A DNA stretch of 64,000 nucleotides from Myxococcota bacterium (GCA_965250285.1 OZ252299.1:3040001-3104000); one strand, 5' to 3'; positions 28,909-39,060 are shown, counted from the stretch's first letter. The notes: generated by a model not told the origin, from the letters alone. Made by a program: numbers and translations.

Positions 28909-30051
28909 TCAGCGCCGCAGGATGAGCGCGCTCGTGGGCACGCCCTCCCCCGCCGTCACCAGACATGTCTCTGCGCCGTCGACCTGGTTGACCGATACGC
29001 CGCGCATCTGTCGCACGCCCTCGTTGATGAGATTGAAACCATGCACGTAGGCTTCGGAGAGCCCGCCGCCCGACGTGTTGATCGGGAGCCGACCGCCCAG
29101 CTCGAGCGCCCCGCCTTCGGTGAACGCCGCGCCTTCGCCCTGCTTGCAGAACCCGTAGCCCTCGAGCGAGAGTGGGATCAGCGGCGTGAATGCGTCGTAG
29201 ATCTGGGCGACATCGATGTCGGCGGCCCGGATATCCGAGTTGCGATAGAGCGCCTGTGAGCAGGCCCACGACGGGCCCTGCAGCGGGTCGTCGCACCAGT
29301 AGTTCGTCATCGTGTGCGACTGCGCTGTGAAGCCCTGGCCGAACGCATGCAGATACGCGGGCGGGTGTCGCAGATCCTTCGCCCGGTCGGCGCTCACGAT
29401 CACGCAGGCGAGCGCGCCGTCGGTCTCGAGGCAGTTGTCGAAGAGACAGAGCGGCTCCGAGATCCAGCGCGCGTTCATGTACTGCTCTCGCGTGAGCGTC
29501 TTCTCGAACATCATCGCGCGCGGGTTGTTGTTGGCCATCTTGCGCACGGCGAGCGCGACGTTGGCGAGGTGATCGCGGGTCGCTCCGTACTCGTGCATGT
29601 AGCGACGCATCAGCATGGCGATCTCGTCGACCGGGCGAAGCAGCCCCCACGGCCGGGTCCAGGCGGCGGGCGTCGAGAACTGGATCGCCGTGTTGGCCCA
29701 GATGCGCCCACCCGAGCCCCGCTTGCGCGATCGCCAGACCACACCGACCCGGCATTGGCCGGCCGCTACGGCGAGCGCCATCTGGCCGACGCAGCCGGGG
29801 CCAGCCCCACCGCCGTAGCCGACCTGCAGAAACGTCGTGACGTCGCCCGCCCCGATGTTCTTCGCGATCTCGACCTCGTCGGTCGACTCCATCGTGTACG
29901 ACGCGAAGCCATCGACCTCGCTCGGATCGATGCCGGCATCGTCGAGGGCGGCGAGGATCGCCTCGACCGCGAGATCCTGCTCGCTGGGCTCGAGCTTCTT
30001 CGAGAACGCGGTTTCACCGATCCCAACGATGGCCGTGCGATCCTTGAGCAT
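28909..30051 (-). CDS. Thiolase-like lipid-transfer protein (Ltp2-type retro-aldolase)
   Basis: TAIVGIGET, ETDGA, IYDAF, NTSGGGLSEAYVHG; adjacent DUF35 gene. Confidence 0.88.
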   Translation of the reverse strand: MLKDRTAIVGIGETAFSKKLEPSEQDLAVEAILAALDDAGIDPSEVDGFASYTMESTDEVEIAKNIGAGDVTTFLQVGYGGGAGPGCVGQMALAVAAGQCRVGVVWRSRKRGSGGRIWANTAIQFSTPAAWTRPWGLLRPVDEIAMLMRRYMHEYGATRDHLANVALAVRKMANNNPRAMMFEKTLTREQYMNARWISEPLCLFDNCLETDGALACVIVSADRAKDLRHPPAYLHAFGQGFTAQSHTMTNYWCDDPLQGPSWACSQALYRNSDIRAADIDVAQIYDAFTPLIPLSLEGYGFCKQGEGAAFTEGGALELGGRLPINTSGGGLSEAYVHGFNLINEGVRQMRGVSVNQVDGAETCLVTAGEGVPTSALILRR

Positions 30052-30089
30052 GGCGAGCACTGTACCCGAGCCGAGCGCGGCGGCCACGG

Positions 30090-31766
30090 TCAGCGCTGGG
30101 GCTCGATGACCTCGAAGACGAGGGCTCGAAAGCCGTTCGCCTCGACCTCGTGCACCAGCGAGAAGCGCTGCCCCGGTGCAGGTGCGACGGAGAGCGAGTG
30201 CGCCTGCGGATCGGCGAGCTCTCGCTTGCCGGCGACGACCCAGCGCACCCCCCGTCGTCGCAGCGACCAGCCGTCGAGCAAGCCATCGCCGGTGTGCATC
30301 GGGACCCACACGAGCGACGCGTAGTACGCCGTGCGCGAGCGTTCGGTCGCGAGCCGGTCTCCCGGGTTGGCCTGCTCTCGAACCCAGAGCGCGGCGTGCT
30401 TGGCCGCCACGGCCTCGGCACGGAAAGCGCGCAGCGCCTTGGGAAGCGCGATCGCGACCACCACGAGCACGATCGCGATGGTGGCGCGCGCATGCGTGCG
30501 CGACCACGAGCGGCCGGGCCATCTCGACGCGACTGCTCGAGCGAGCGCGTCGAGCCCGAGCGATGCATGACCGAGCATGACCACCGCGAGGGGCAACAGA
30601 TGGCGGCGACTCAGGTAGCCGGCGGTCACGAGCAGCGCGAACGTCGTCAGGCCGTGGACGGCCGCCACCGTCCCGATGAAGAACGAGCGGGATGACGGCG
30701 ACGCCCCCGACCGTACGCTCGCGACGACACCCACCGCGAGCAGGATCACGAGTTCGGGGCGCAGCGTCGAGGCAAAGAGCGCGAGCCAATGCAGCGCGTC
30801 GGCCGGCGACACGATGAAGGCGCCAAGCACGAGCACCGCGGTGACCACGCCTGCCCACGCGGTCGCAACGTACGGGGGCCCCGCGACCCCCGGCCATGCC
30901 AGCCCCCCGCGCCGTCGCACCCAGACGAGCGCGCCGATCGCAAGCGCAATGGCGACGCAGGCGGTGGCCAACGCCACGGGATGGCCCGTGAGATGCGCGA
31001 CCCCGAACAGGGTCGAGAGCGACTTCTTCTGGGTCAGCTGCCACTCCCCCGACAGCACCTGAATGACGCGCATGTACGGCAACGCAAGCAGGCCGAAGCC
31101 GCCGACGAGCGCAAAAGCGAGCCCGGCGAGGCGGCCCGTACCGATGCGACCCCGCGCCCAATCGGCCCCGATCAAAACCAGCCCCACGACACCGACCCCG
31201 ATGCCCTCGGGTCGAGTCAGGTAGGCGAGGCCCGTCGCCACACCGGCTGCGAACGCAAGACCGGCGTCGATGCGCGTCGTCGCGCGTTGAAGGAGCCCCA
31301 GCCCGAGCAGAAAGAACGCCAGATGGAGCGAATCGCTCTGGACGTCGGCCGACATGCGCACGGCGTAGGGATGCGCGGCGAGTAAGGCACCCGAGATCAC
31401 CGCGAGTCGCGGCCCGAAGAGCGGCCGCATCAGCCACCAGAGCAAGAGGATGCAAGCGGTCCCCGCCGCCACCGACCACGCGACACCGACGAGCTCTTCG
31501 TGGCCTGCGGAGCCCGGCGTCAGCCAGACGAGCAGCGAATAGAGCGGGTGATAGGGATGCGCCAGCGCGCCGCCGAAATCGCCGCGCGCCATGGCCCGTG
31601 CGATCGCGATGAACTCGGGGCCGTCGTCGAAGATGACCTGCATGCGCGCCGCGACGAGGACGCGAAGACCGAGCCCCGCGAGCACGACGCCGGCGAGCCA
31701 GAGCGATTCGCTGCGCGTCGACCACGGCGCTGCGTCGGCGCGGTCCGGTGAGTGATGGGCTTGCAC
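30090..31766 (-). CDS. GT-C fold glycosyltransferase (ArnT/PMT-like, GT39/83)
   Basis: Multi-TM protein; DDGPEF acidic motif after TM1, YHPLYS, SDSLH, LAYLTRPEG. Confidence 0.75.
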   Translation of the reverse strand: MQAHHSPDRADAAPWSTRSESLWLAGVVLAGLGLRVLVAARMQVIFDDGPEFIAIARAMARGDFGGALAHPYHPLYSLLVWLTPGSAGHEELVGVAWSVAAGTACILLLWWLMRPLFGPRLAVISGALLAAHPYAVRMSADVQSDSLHLAFFLLGLGLLQRATTRIDAGLAFAAGVATGLAYLTRPEGIGVGVVGLVLIGADWARGRIGTGRLAGLAFALVGGFGLLALPYMRVIQVLSGEWQLTQKKSLSTLFGVAHLTGHPVALATACVAIALAIGALVWVRRRGGLAWPGVAGPPYVATAWAGVVTAVLVLGAFIVSPADALHWLALFASTLRPELVILLAVGVVASVRSGASPSSRSFFIGTVAAVHGLTTFALLVTAGYLSRRHLLPLAVVMLGHASLGLDALARAVASRWPGRSWSRTHARATIAIVLVVVAIALPKALRAFRAEAVAAKHAALWVREQANPGDRLATERSRTAYYASLVWVPMHTGDGLLDGWSLRRRGVRWVVAGKRELADPQAHSLSVAPAPGQRFSLVHEVEANGFRALVFEVIEPQR

Positions 31767-31793
31767 GCGTCCCCGTTCGCGGCCGCAGGCCGC

Positions 31794-34700
31794 TCAGTGG
31801 GCGTTCGACCCGCCCCTGAACGCCTCGAGCAGCTCGGCCTCGCGAACCCGCGCCTCGGCCAGGTTCTGCTCCTTGACGTCGTCGAAGCCACGGACGTGCT
31901 CGGGCAGGCTCGCCAGCTCGATCGCGATCTCGCGCGTTTCGGGGCCGAGACCAGAGACGATCGTATCGACCAGGCGTTCGTACTCGCGAATCAGCTGCTG
32001 TTCGAGTCGGCGGTGCGCCATCAGCTGCGTGGGGTCGAGGAAGGTGCCGCGCAGGAACTTCAGCTTGGCCATCACGCCGAGCACCTTGAACATCCAGCTG
32101 CCGAGCTTGAGCTTCGCCGGTCGGCCGGTGGTCGGGCTGCGAGGCATGACCTGCGGCGCAAGATGCAGGCTGATCTCGTAGTCACCCTCGAATTCTTCGG
32201 CGATCTGCTCGGCGAGCGAGCCGTCGGTGTAGAGCCGGGCGACCTCGTACTCGTCCTTGTAGGCCATCACCTTGAAGGCGTAGCGAGCCACCGCCTCGGT
32301 GAGCACGGTGTCGTCGAAGTGCCGTCGCTCGGCCTCGTGCACGCGCTCGACCAGCGCCCGGTAGCGCTGGGCGTACCCCTCGCTCTGGTAGTCGACGAGC
32401 TCTTTCGAACGCGACGCCAGCAGCTCTTCGAGGGTCTCGACGGGCGGCTCGACGGCAGCGACGCCCGATTCGGTGCCGATCGCGTCGACCACGGCCTGCC
32501 GGTCGTGCGCGGCGAGCCGGCCCCAGGCCAGCGCTCGCTTGTTCATGTCGACGGCGCGCCCATTCAGTTCGATGGCCCGCTCGAGTGCGTGGAGCGAGAC
32601 CGGAATCAAACCCAGCTGCATCGCGTAGCCGAGCATGAAGAGGTTCGCAGCGATGGCGTCGCCGAACAGCGCGGTGGCGAGCCGCGTCGCGTCGAGGGCG
32701 TGCAGCCCATCGGGCCGGCACGTCCTCGCGATGGCGTCTTCCATTCCCTTCGACGACAGGTCGAGGTCGGCGTTCGTCGCGAAGTCGGCGGTGGGCGCGA
32801 CGTGCGTGTTCACGACGGCATGGGTGCGACCGGGTGACATGCGCCCGAGCCCATCCATCGACGTCGACACCACGATGTCGCAACCGAGCACGAGGTCGGC
32901 TGCACCGGCCGCGATGCGCGTCGCGAAGAGGTCTTCGGGGCGCTGGGCGATGCGCACGTGGCTCGAGACCGGGCCGTTCTTCTGCGCCAGACCGGTGACG
33001 TCGAGCAGCGACGTCCCCTTGCCCTCGAGATGCGCCGCCATGCCGAGCAGTGCGCCGACGGTGATGACACCCGTGCCACCGATGCCAGCCACGTAGATGT
33101 TGAACGGCTTCTCGCAGCCGGCGGGGATCGGATCGGGCAGACCCGAGAACAGCGCATCGTTCGCGGCGTTCGCCGCCGTTGCCCCCACCGTACGCTTTCG
33201 AAGCCGTCCGCCCTTCACCGTGACGAAGCTCGGGCAGTAGCCGAGCAGGCACGAATAGTCCTTGTTGCACGAAGACTGGTTGATCTTGCGCTTTCGGCCG
33301 TAGGGCGTCTCGATCGGCTCGATGGCAATACAGTTGCTCTGCACGCTGCAGTCGCCGCAGCCCTCGCAGACGCGCTGATTGATGACGATCCGCTCGTCCG
33401 GGTCGGGGAACTCGCCGCGCTTGCGCAGGCGACGCGCCTCGGCCGCGCAGGTCTGGTCGTAGATGATCGCGGTCACACCCGGGGTCTCGCGAAGCTGCTG
33501 CTGCACGCGGTCGAGCGCGTCGCGATGGTGCACACGGACGGTCGGCGGGATCGAGCCGCCGCGGTACTTCTCGGTGTCGTTGGTGACGACATCGACGCGC
33601 CCGACGCCCTCGGCCAGCAGCTGTCGCACGACCTCCGGCGTCGTGATCTCGCCGGCCATCTCTTCGCCCTCGATGGGCTGGCCACCCGTCATCGCCACCG
33701 CACCGTTCAGGAGGATCTTGTACGTGATGTTCGCGCCCGCGGCGACGGCCGCACGAATCGCGAGATGGCCCGAGTGGAAGTAGGTGCCGTCACCCATGTT
33801 CTGGAAGATGTGCTGCGTCTCGGTGAAGGGCGCGATGCCGATCCAGTTCGTGCCCTCGCCGCCCATCTGGGTCACGGCCAGACAGCTCCGATCGGGCAGC
33901 CACACGGCCATGCCGTGACAGCCGATGCCGCCGAGCGCGACGCTGCCCTCGGGCGTCTTCGTCGAGCGGTTGTGCGGGCAGCCCGAGCAGAAGCTCGGCA
34001 GACGCATCAACCCGCCGCCGCCCTGCACGGGCAGGCTCACGACTTCGGCCCCACCGGGTCGCGCGAAGCCGTCGACGCGCTTCGCGAGCCAGTCGCCGAG
34101 CGGGTCGACCAGCAGAGCGGGCGTCAGCTCGCCCGTGACGGGCAGCAGGGGCGCGCCGTGCTCGTCACGCTTGCCGATGATGCGCGGGCGTTCGGCCTCG
34201 TTGTAGAGCAGGTGCGCCAGCTGCTCTTCGATGATCGCCTTCTTCTCTTCGACGACGAGGAGCTCTTCGTGACCGCGCGCGAACGCCAGCGCCCCTTCGG
34301 GCTCGAGCGGCCAGGGCATCGCGACCTTGTAGATCGAGAGTCCGATCTCGGCAGCGCGCGACTCATCGACACCGAGCTCTTCGAGCGCCTGACGCACGTC
34401 GAGATAGGCCTTACCCGTCGTGACGATGCCGAGCCGACGGCTGGGCGCCTCGATCGCCACGCGGTCGAGGCCGTTCGCGCGCACGTAGGCCTTCGCCCGT
34501 TCGAGCTTCACGTGGAGCCGCTGCTCGACGTGCGCCGGCATGTTCTCCCACGTGATGTGCACGCCTCCGGCGATCGTGGGTGCGTCGGTCGGCAGCACGG
34601 GCTGCACCCGGGTGGGCGAGACCGAGACCGAGGCCGAGCTCTCGACCGTATCGGTGAGGCACTTGAAGCCGACCCAACAGCCGCTGAAGCGCGACATCGC

Positions 34701-35282
34701 GATGCCGTGCAGACCGAAGTCGACGTAGTCCTGTACGTTGCTCGGGTTGAGCACCGGGATGCCGCAGTGGATCAGCGCAGGCTCGCTCTGGTGCGCGATC
34801 GACGACGACTTCGCGCCGGGGTCGTCCCCCATCAGCACGAGCACGCCGCCGTACTCGGCCGCGCCGAGATAGTTGCCATGCTTCAGCGCGTCGCACGAGC
34901 GGTCGACGCCCGGGCCCTTGCCGTACCAGATGCCGAAGACACCCTGCTTGGTCGCCCCCTCCATCAGGTGCGCTTGCTGGCTGCCCCAGACGGCGGTTGC
35001 GGCGAGGTCTTCGTTCAGCCCTGGCTCGAAGCGAATCTCGTGCGACTCGAGGAAGTCCTTCGCCTGCCACAGGTTCATGTCGAAGATGCCGAGCGGCGAC
35101 CCGCGATAGCCCGAGATGAAGCCCGCCGTCTCGAGACCCGCCGCGACGTCGCGCTCCTTCTGCATCAGCGGGATGCGCACCAGCGCCTGGTTGCCGGTCA
35201 GGAACACCCGGCCCGCCTCGACGCGATACCGGTCGTCGAGCTCGTACGCGGGGTCGAAGGGGGGCGTGGTATCGGCGGACAC
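31794..35282 (-). CDS. Indolepyruvate:ferredoxin oxidoreductase family protein (fused alpha/beta)
   Basis: SGYRGSPLG, FCSGCPHN, GDGTYFHSG, CEGCGDC..C ferredoxin motif, GIGGTGV, AYKDEYEVARL. Confidence 0.93.
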   Translation of the reverse strand: MSADTTPPFDPAYELDDRYRVEAGRVFLTGNQALVRIPLMQKERDVAAGLETAGFISGYRGSPLGIFDMNLWQAKDFLESHEIRFEPGLNEDLAATAVWGSQQAHLMEGATKQGVFGIWYGKGPGVDRSCDALKHGNYLGAAEYGGVLVLMGDDPGAKSSSIAHQSEPALIHCGIPVLNPSNVQDYVDFGLHGIAMSRFSGCWVGFKCLTDTVESSASVSVSPTRVQPVLPTDAPTIAGGVHITWENMPAHVEQRLHVKLERAKAYVRANGLDRVAIEAPSRRLGIVTTGKAYLDVRQALEELGVDESRAAEIGLSIYKVAMPWPLEPEGALAFARGHEELLVVEEKKAIIEEQLAHLLYNEAERPRIIGKRDEHGAPLLPVTGELTPALLVDPLGDWLAKRVDGFARPGGAEVVSLPVQGGGGLMRLPSFCSGCPHNRSTKTPEGSVALGGIGCHGMAVWLPDRSCLAVTQMGGEGTNWIGIAPFTETQHIFQNMGDGTYFHSGHLAIRAAVAAGANITYKILLNGAVAMTGGQPIEGEEMAGEITTPEVVRQLLAEGVGRVDVVTNDTEKYRGGSIPPTVRVHHRDALDRVQQQLRETPGVTAIIYDQTCAAEARRLRKRGEFPDPDERIVINQRVCEGCGDCSVQSNCIAIEPIETPYGRKRKINQSSCNKDYSCLLGYCPSFVTVKGGRLRKRTVGATAANAANDALFSGLPDPIPAGCEKPFNIYVAGIGGTGVITVGALLGMAAHLEGKGTSLLDVTGLAQKNGPVSSHVRIAQRPEDLFATRIAAGAADLVLGCDIVVSTSMDGLGRMSPGRTHAVVNTHVAPTADFATNADLDLSSKGMEDAIARTCRPDGLHALDATRLATALFGDAIAANLFMLGYAMQLGLIPVSLHALERAIELNGRAVDMNKRALAWGRLAAHDRQAVVDAIGTESGVAAVEPPVETLEELLASRSKELVDYQSEGYAQRYRALVERVHEAERRHFDDTVLTEAVARYAFKVMAYKDEYEVARLYTDGSLAEQIAEEFEGDYEISLHLAPQVMPRSPTTGRPAKLKLGSWMFKVLGVMAKLKFLRGTFLDPTQLMAHRRLEQQLIREYERLVDTIVSGLGPETREIAIELASLPEHVRGFDDVKEQNLAEARVREAELLEAFRGGSNAH

Positions 35283-35555
35283 GGCCTGCAGGGCTCCCGG
35301 AGTGGCGGACGGAACGGCGCGGGGCGCGCGGTGCGGATCAGCGCCCCGAGGCGCACACGACCGAGCCCGGCGAAACGCGTTCCAGCGCACGCCACGGTAG
35401 CGAATCCGGTGTTCGCGGTCGCTTCGGCGCGCCGAACGCGGCCGATCCCTCAATGACGACGCAAGCATTCGCCCCGGCCCCACGAGCGTGGTACCTGACT
35501 CGGTCTGTCACCGAGCGCGGGGCGCACGCAGCCGCGCGCATCGAAGGAGGGCCCG

Positions 35556-36410
35556 ATGAAGATCGGCGTCACGATGCACGCGACGGACAAAGCGATGCCC
35601 GTGCCCGAGCTGGCACGCGAAGCCGACGCACGCGGGTTTCATTCGCTGCTCGTTCCCGAGCACACGCACATTCCCACGAGCCGACGCACCCCGGCGCCCA
35701 CCGGCACCGACGAGCTCGCCGAGGAGTACCTGCGCAGCCCCGACCCGTACATCGCGCTCGCGGCGGCCGCGTCGGTCACCGAACACATCAGGCTCGGTAC
35801 GGGGATCGGCCTGCCGGCTCAGCATGACCCGATCACGTTCGCGAAAGAGCTCGCAACGCTCGATCTGGTGTCGAACGGGCGATTGGTCTTCGGCATCGGC
35901 TTCGGCTGGAACCACGAGGAGATGGAGAACCACGGCATCGACGTGAAGCGCCGCCGGGCCCTGGTGCGCGAGAAGATGCTCGCCATGCAGGCGCTCTGGG
36001 CGAATGAGCGGGCCCACTTCGAAGGCGAGTACGTCCGCTTCACCGAGAGCTGGCAGTGGCCCAAACCCGTACAGCAGCCCCGCCCCACCGTCCTGATCGG
36101 CGGCGGCGCGGGCCCGAAGCTCTTCGCGCACATCGTCGAGTACGCAGATGGCTGGATGCCGATCGGCGGCGCCGGCCTGAAGCAGGATCTGCCCCGACTG
36201 CGCGGCCTGTTCGAGGAGGCGGGCCGCGACCCGGCGAAGCTCGAGGTCGTGCCGATGGGCGTGCTCCCCCAGCGCGACAAGCTCGAGTACTACCGTTCGC
36301 TGGGCGTCACCGAAGCCGTGCTCCGCCTGCCCTCCGCCCCGCGCGACGAGGTCATGCCGATCCTCGACACGTTCGTCGAGCACCTCGAATGGGCCCGCGG
36401 CGCGGCGTGA
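35556..36410 (+). CDS. LLM-class F420-dependent oxidoreductase (Rv2161c-like)
   Basis: PEHTHIP, DPYIALAAAA, GFGWNHEE, PKPVQQP. Confidence 0.88.
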   Translation: MKIGVTMHATDKAMPVPELAREADARGFHSLLVPEHTHIPTSRRTPAPTGTDELAEEYLRSPDPYIALAAAASVTEHIRLGTGIGLPAQHDPITFAKELATLDLVSNGRLVFGIGFGWNHEEMENHGIDVKRRRALVREKMLAMQALWANERAHFEGEYVRFTESWQWPKPVQQPRPTVLIGGGAGPKLFAHIVEYADGWMPIGGAGLKQDLPRLRGLFEEAGRDPAKLEVVPMGVLPQRDKLEYYRSLGVTEAVLRLPSAPRDEVMPILDTFVEHLEWARGAA

Positions 36411-36484
36411 TCGCACCGCCGCGTCGTCGAGTACGACGACTTTTCTCAGCCGGGGCGCGATCTTCGCGGTTTGGCGGCTCGAAA

Positions 36485-36513
36485 GAGATACGATACGCTG
36501 CGGCTCGTATCTC
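36485..36513. promoter_or_regulatory. Putative operator palindrome, copy 3 (GAGATACGATACG-CTG-CGGCTCGTATCTC)
   Basis: Extended imperfect palindrome about 175 bp upstream of an ACAD pair. Confidence 0.7.
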
Positions 36514-36686
36514 GGCCCTCAGGGCCACACCGGCACCGGCCCCCCGCCCTGGCCCTCGCCCACCGACGCTGCTTCTCGACGTTCTCGACGAGAGCAGCGC
36601 GCGGTCTGGCGGCGGCACCCGGCTCGGGTGTCTCCGCCGAACCCCGCGCGCCGCGCGTCGGCACGCCGTTCATCAGGAGCCTCGAC

Positions 36687-37880
36687 TTGGATCTCCGCTA
36701 CACGCCCGAAGAAGAGAAGTTTCGCAAGGAGCTGCGCAACTGGCTCGCCCAAGAGGTGCCCGCGCACGGCGAAGCGCCTTCGTATCACGATTGGGACGCG
36801 CGCCGCGCCTATGACACCGGCTGGCAGAAGAAGCTCTTCGACGCGGGCTACGCAGGCATCAACTGGCCGAAGGAATACGGCGGCCGAGACGCTTCGCTCG
36901 TCGAGCAGCTGATCTACTACGAAGAGATCGCGCGCGCGAAGGCGCCCTACGTCGGCGTCAACTTCGTCGGCACGCTGCACGGCGGCCCCACCGTCATCTC
37001 CGAGGGCACGCCCGAGCAGAAGGCTCGACACGTGCCGCAGATCCTGTCGGGAGAGCAGGTGTGGTGCCAGGGGTTCAGTGAGCCCGGGGCCGGCAGTGAC
37101 CTGGCTGCACTCTCGACCCGAGCGGTGCGCGACGGCGATCACTACGTCGTCAACGGCCACAAGATCTGGTGTTCGTTCGCCCAGGTCGCCGACTACTGCG
37201 AGCTGCTCGTGCGCACTGACTTCGAGGCGAAGAAGCACGCCGGCATCAGCTGGCTGATCATGCCGATGGATCTCGAAGGCATCGAGATTCGCCCGCTGCC
37301 GACGCTCGTCGGCGAGGGCGAGTTCAGCGAGGTCTTCCTCGAGGACGTGCGGGTGCCGGTCGACAACCTGGTCGGCGAAGAGAACGATGGCTGGCGCGTA
37401 ACGAACGTGACGCTGCGCTTCGAGCGAGGCACCGCGTTCGCGAGCGACATGGTGCAGATGCAGCAGTTCATGCAGGATCTCAAGGAGGTCGCGAACAAGG
37501 TGACCCGCCACGACGCCGCCGCATGGGAAGACCGCGCGCTGCGCAAGGAGGTCGGCCACCTCGCAGCCGAGATCGACGCGCTCTGGGCGATGGTGAAGCT
37601 GAGCGTGTGCGAGGCGACCGAGACCGGCGTGCCCGGCCTGGGCGGCTCGGCGATCAAGCTCTTCTACACCGAGCTCTATCAGAAGGTCGGCGAGCTCTCG
37701 ATGAAGCTGCTCGGCCGCGCCGCGCTCTCGCGCGACGACGTAGCCGATCTGCCGAGCGGCTACTTCCTGCACCGCGCGCTCCAGAGCCTGTCGCTCACGA
37801 TCGCAGCGGGCACGTCGCAGATTCAGCGCAACATCATCGGTGAGCGCGTGCTCGGCCTACCGAAGGAGCCGCGGCCCTAG
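36687..37880 (+). CDS. Acyl-CoA dehydrogenase (catalytic-type subunit)
   Basis: CAGGAG RBS + TTG; WCQGFSEPGAGSDLA, LRFERG, IAAGTSQIQRNIIGERVLGLP. Confidence 0.92.
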   Translation: MDLRYTPEEEKFRKELRNWLAQEVPAHGEAPSYHDWDARRAYDTGWQKKLFDAGYAGINWPKEYGGRDASLVEQLIYYEEIARAKAPYVGVNFVGTLHGGPTVISEGTPEQKARHVPQILSGEQVWCQGFSEPGAGSDLAALSTRAVRDGDHYVVNGHKIWCSFAQVADYCELLVRTDFEAKKHAGISWLIMPMDLEGIEIRPLPTLVGEGEFSEVFLEDVRVPVDNLVGEENDGWRVTNVTLRFERGTAFASDMVQMQQFMQDLKEVANKVTRHDAAAWEDRALRKEVGHLAAEIDALWAMVKLSVCEATETGVPGLGGSAIKLFYTELYQKVGELSMKLLGRAALSRDDVADLPSGYFLHRALQSLSLTIAAGTSQIQRNIIGERVLGLPKEPRP

Positions 37881-37922
37881 CGCGAACGGCGGCCCCCTCT
37901 TTCTCTACTCAGGAGACCCCCT

Positions 37923-38909
37923 TTGGACTTCCAGCTCAGCGACGACCAGAAGGCCCTGCGTGACACGCTGCGCGACTTTCTCGACGGTACCTTTCCGGTC
38001 GAGAAGCTCGTCGAGTTCGAGAAGAGCACGGCGCTCGACCGCGACCTCTGGGCCTCGCTGGCCGAGATGGGCGTCTTCGGCCTGCGACTGGCTGAAGACG
38101 ATGGTGGCGTCGGGCTCGGCAGCGCCGACGCCGTGATCGTGTTCGCCGAGCTCGGGCGTCGACTCATCCCCGGCCCCCTCGCATGGACGCACCTCGCGGC
38201 CGGCTTCATCGACGGGGCCGCTGCGGGTGAGACGATCGTCGGCGGGCTCGACCTGTGCGGCGCCGATGCAGGAGAGCCCTACCTCGTCGAGCACCTCGAC
38301 TCGATCGACGTATTGCTGCTGCTGCGCCCGGATGGCGTGTACCGCGTCGATCCGAAGGCGCTCTCGGGTACGCCGGTCGAGACACCGCTCGATCCGCACA
38401 CGCCGCTCACGCACGTGAAGGCGCTGCCCGAAGGCGAGCAGGTGCTCGATGCGACGGGCGCGGCAAAGCTTCGCTTCGAAGGCGCGGCCCTCGTGAGCGG
38501 GCAGCTGCTCGGCATCGCCGAGGCGAGCCTCGAGCTCGCCAATGCGTACGCCAAGGAGCGCGAGCAGTTCAACCGACCGATCGGTGGATTCCAGGCGATG
38601 AAGCACATGCTCGCCGACATGTTCGTTCGCCAGGAGGTATGCCGCGCGGCCGCCTACAATGCCGGGGCGAGCCTCGACGCGCCCGACGTGGCCTCGGTCG
38701 ACCGCGCCGTGTCGTCCGCCAAGGTCACTTGCGGTGAAGCCGCACTGCGCAATGCCCGCGCCTGCATTCAAGTGCACGGCGGCATGGGCTACACGTGGGA
38801 GGTGCCGGCCCACTTCTTCATGAAGCGCACCTGGGTGCTCTCGAGCGTCTTCGGCGACGAAGACGAGCATGCGCTTCGCTGCGCCGACCTCATCGGCGCC
38901 GAAGCCTGA
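37923..38909 (+). CDS. Acyl-CoA dehydrogenase (short partner subunit)
   Basis: MDFQLSDDQ, REQFNRPIGGFQA, IQVHGGMGYTWE. Confidence 0.9.
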   Translation: MDFQLSDDQKALRDTLRDFLDGTFPVEKLVEFEKSTALDRDLWASLAEMGVFGLRLAEDDGGVGLGSADAVIVFAELGRRLIPGPLAWTHLAAGFIDGAAAGETIVGGLDLCGADAGEPYLVEHLDSIDVLLLLRPDGVYRVDPKALSGTPVETPLDPHTPLTHVKALPEGEQVLDATGAAKLRFEGAALVSGQLLGIAEASLELANAYAKEREQFNRPIGGFQAMKHMLADMFVRQEVCRAAAYNAGASLDAPDVASVDRAVSSAKVTCGEAALRNARACIQVHGGMGYTWEVPAHFFMKRTWVLSSVFGDEDEHALRCADLIGAEA

Positions 38910-39060
38910 GCGCAGCGCCCGAATCGAGCACTGCGCGCGGGCCGGGCCCGCCGATCCGAATTCGACGGCCTCAGGCTGAGGCCGCACCGTCATGCGGCGC
39001 CGAACTCGGCGCCCCGAACACAGCGCGCCCGCGTCGGCGCGCAATCGAAGGAGCAACGCC

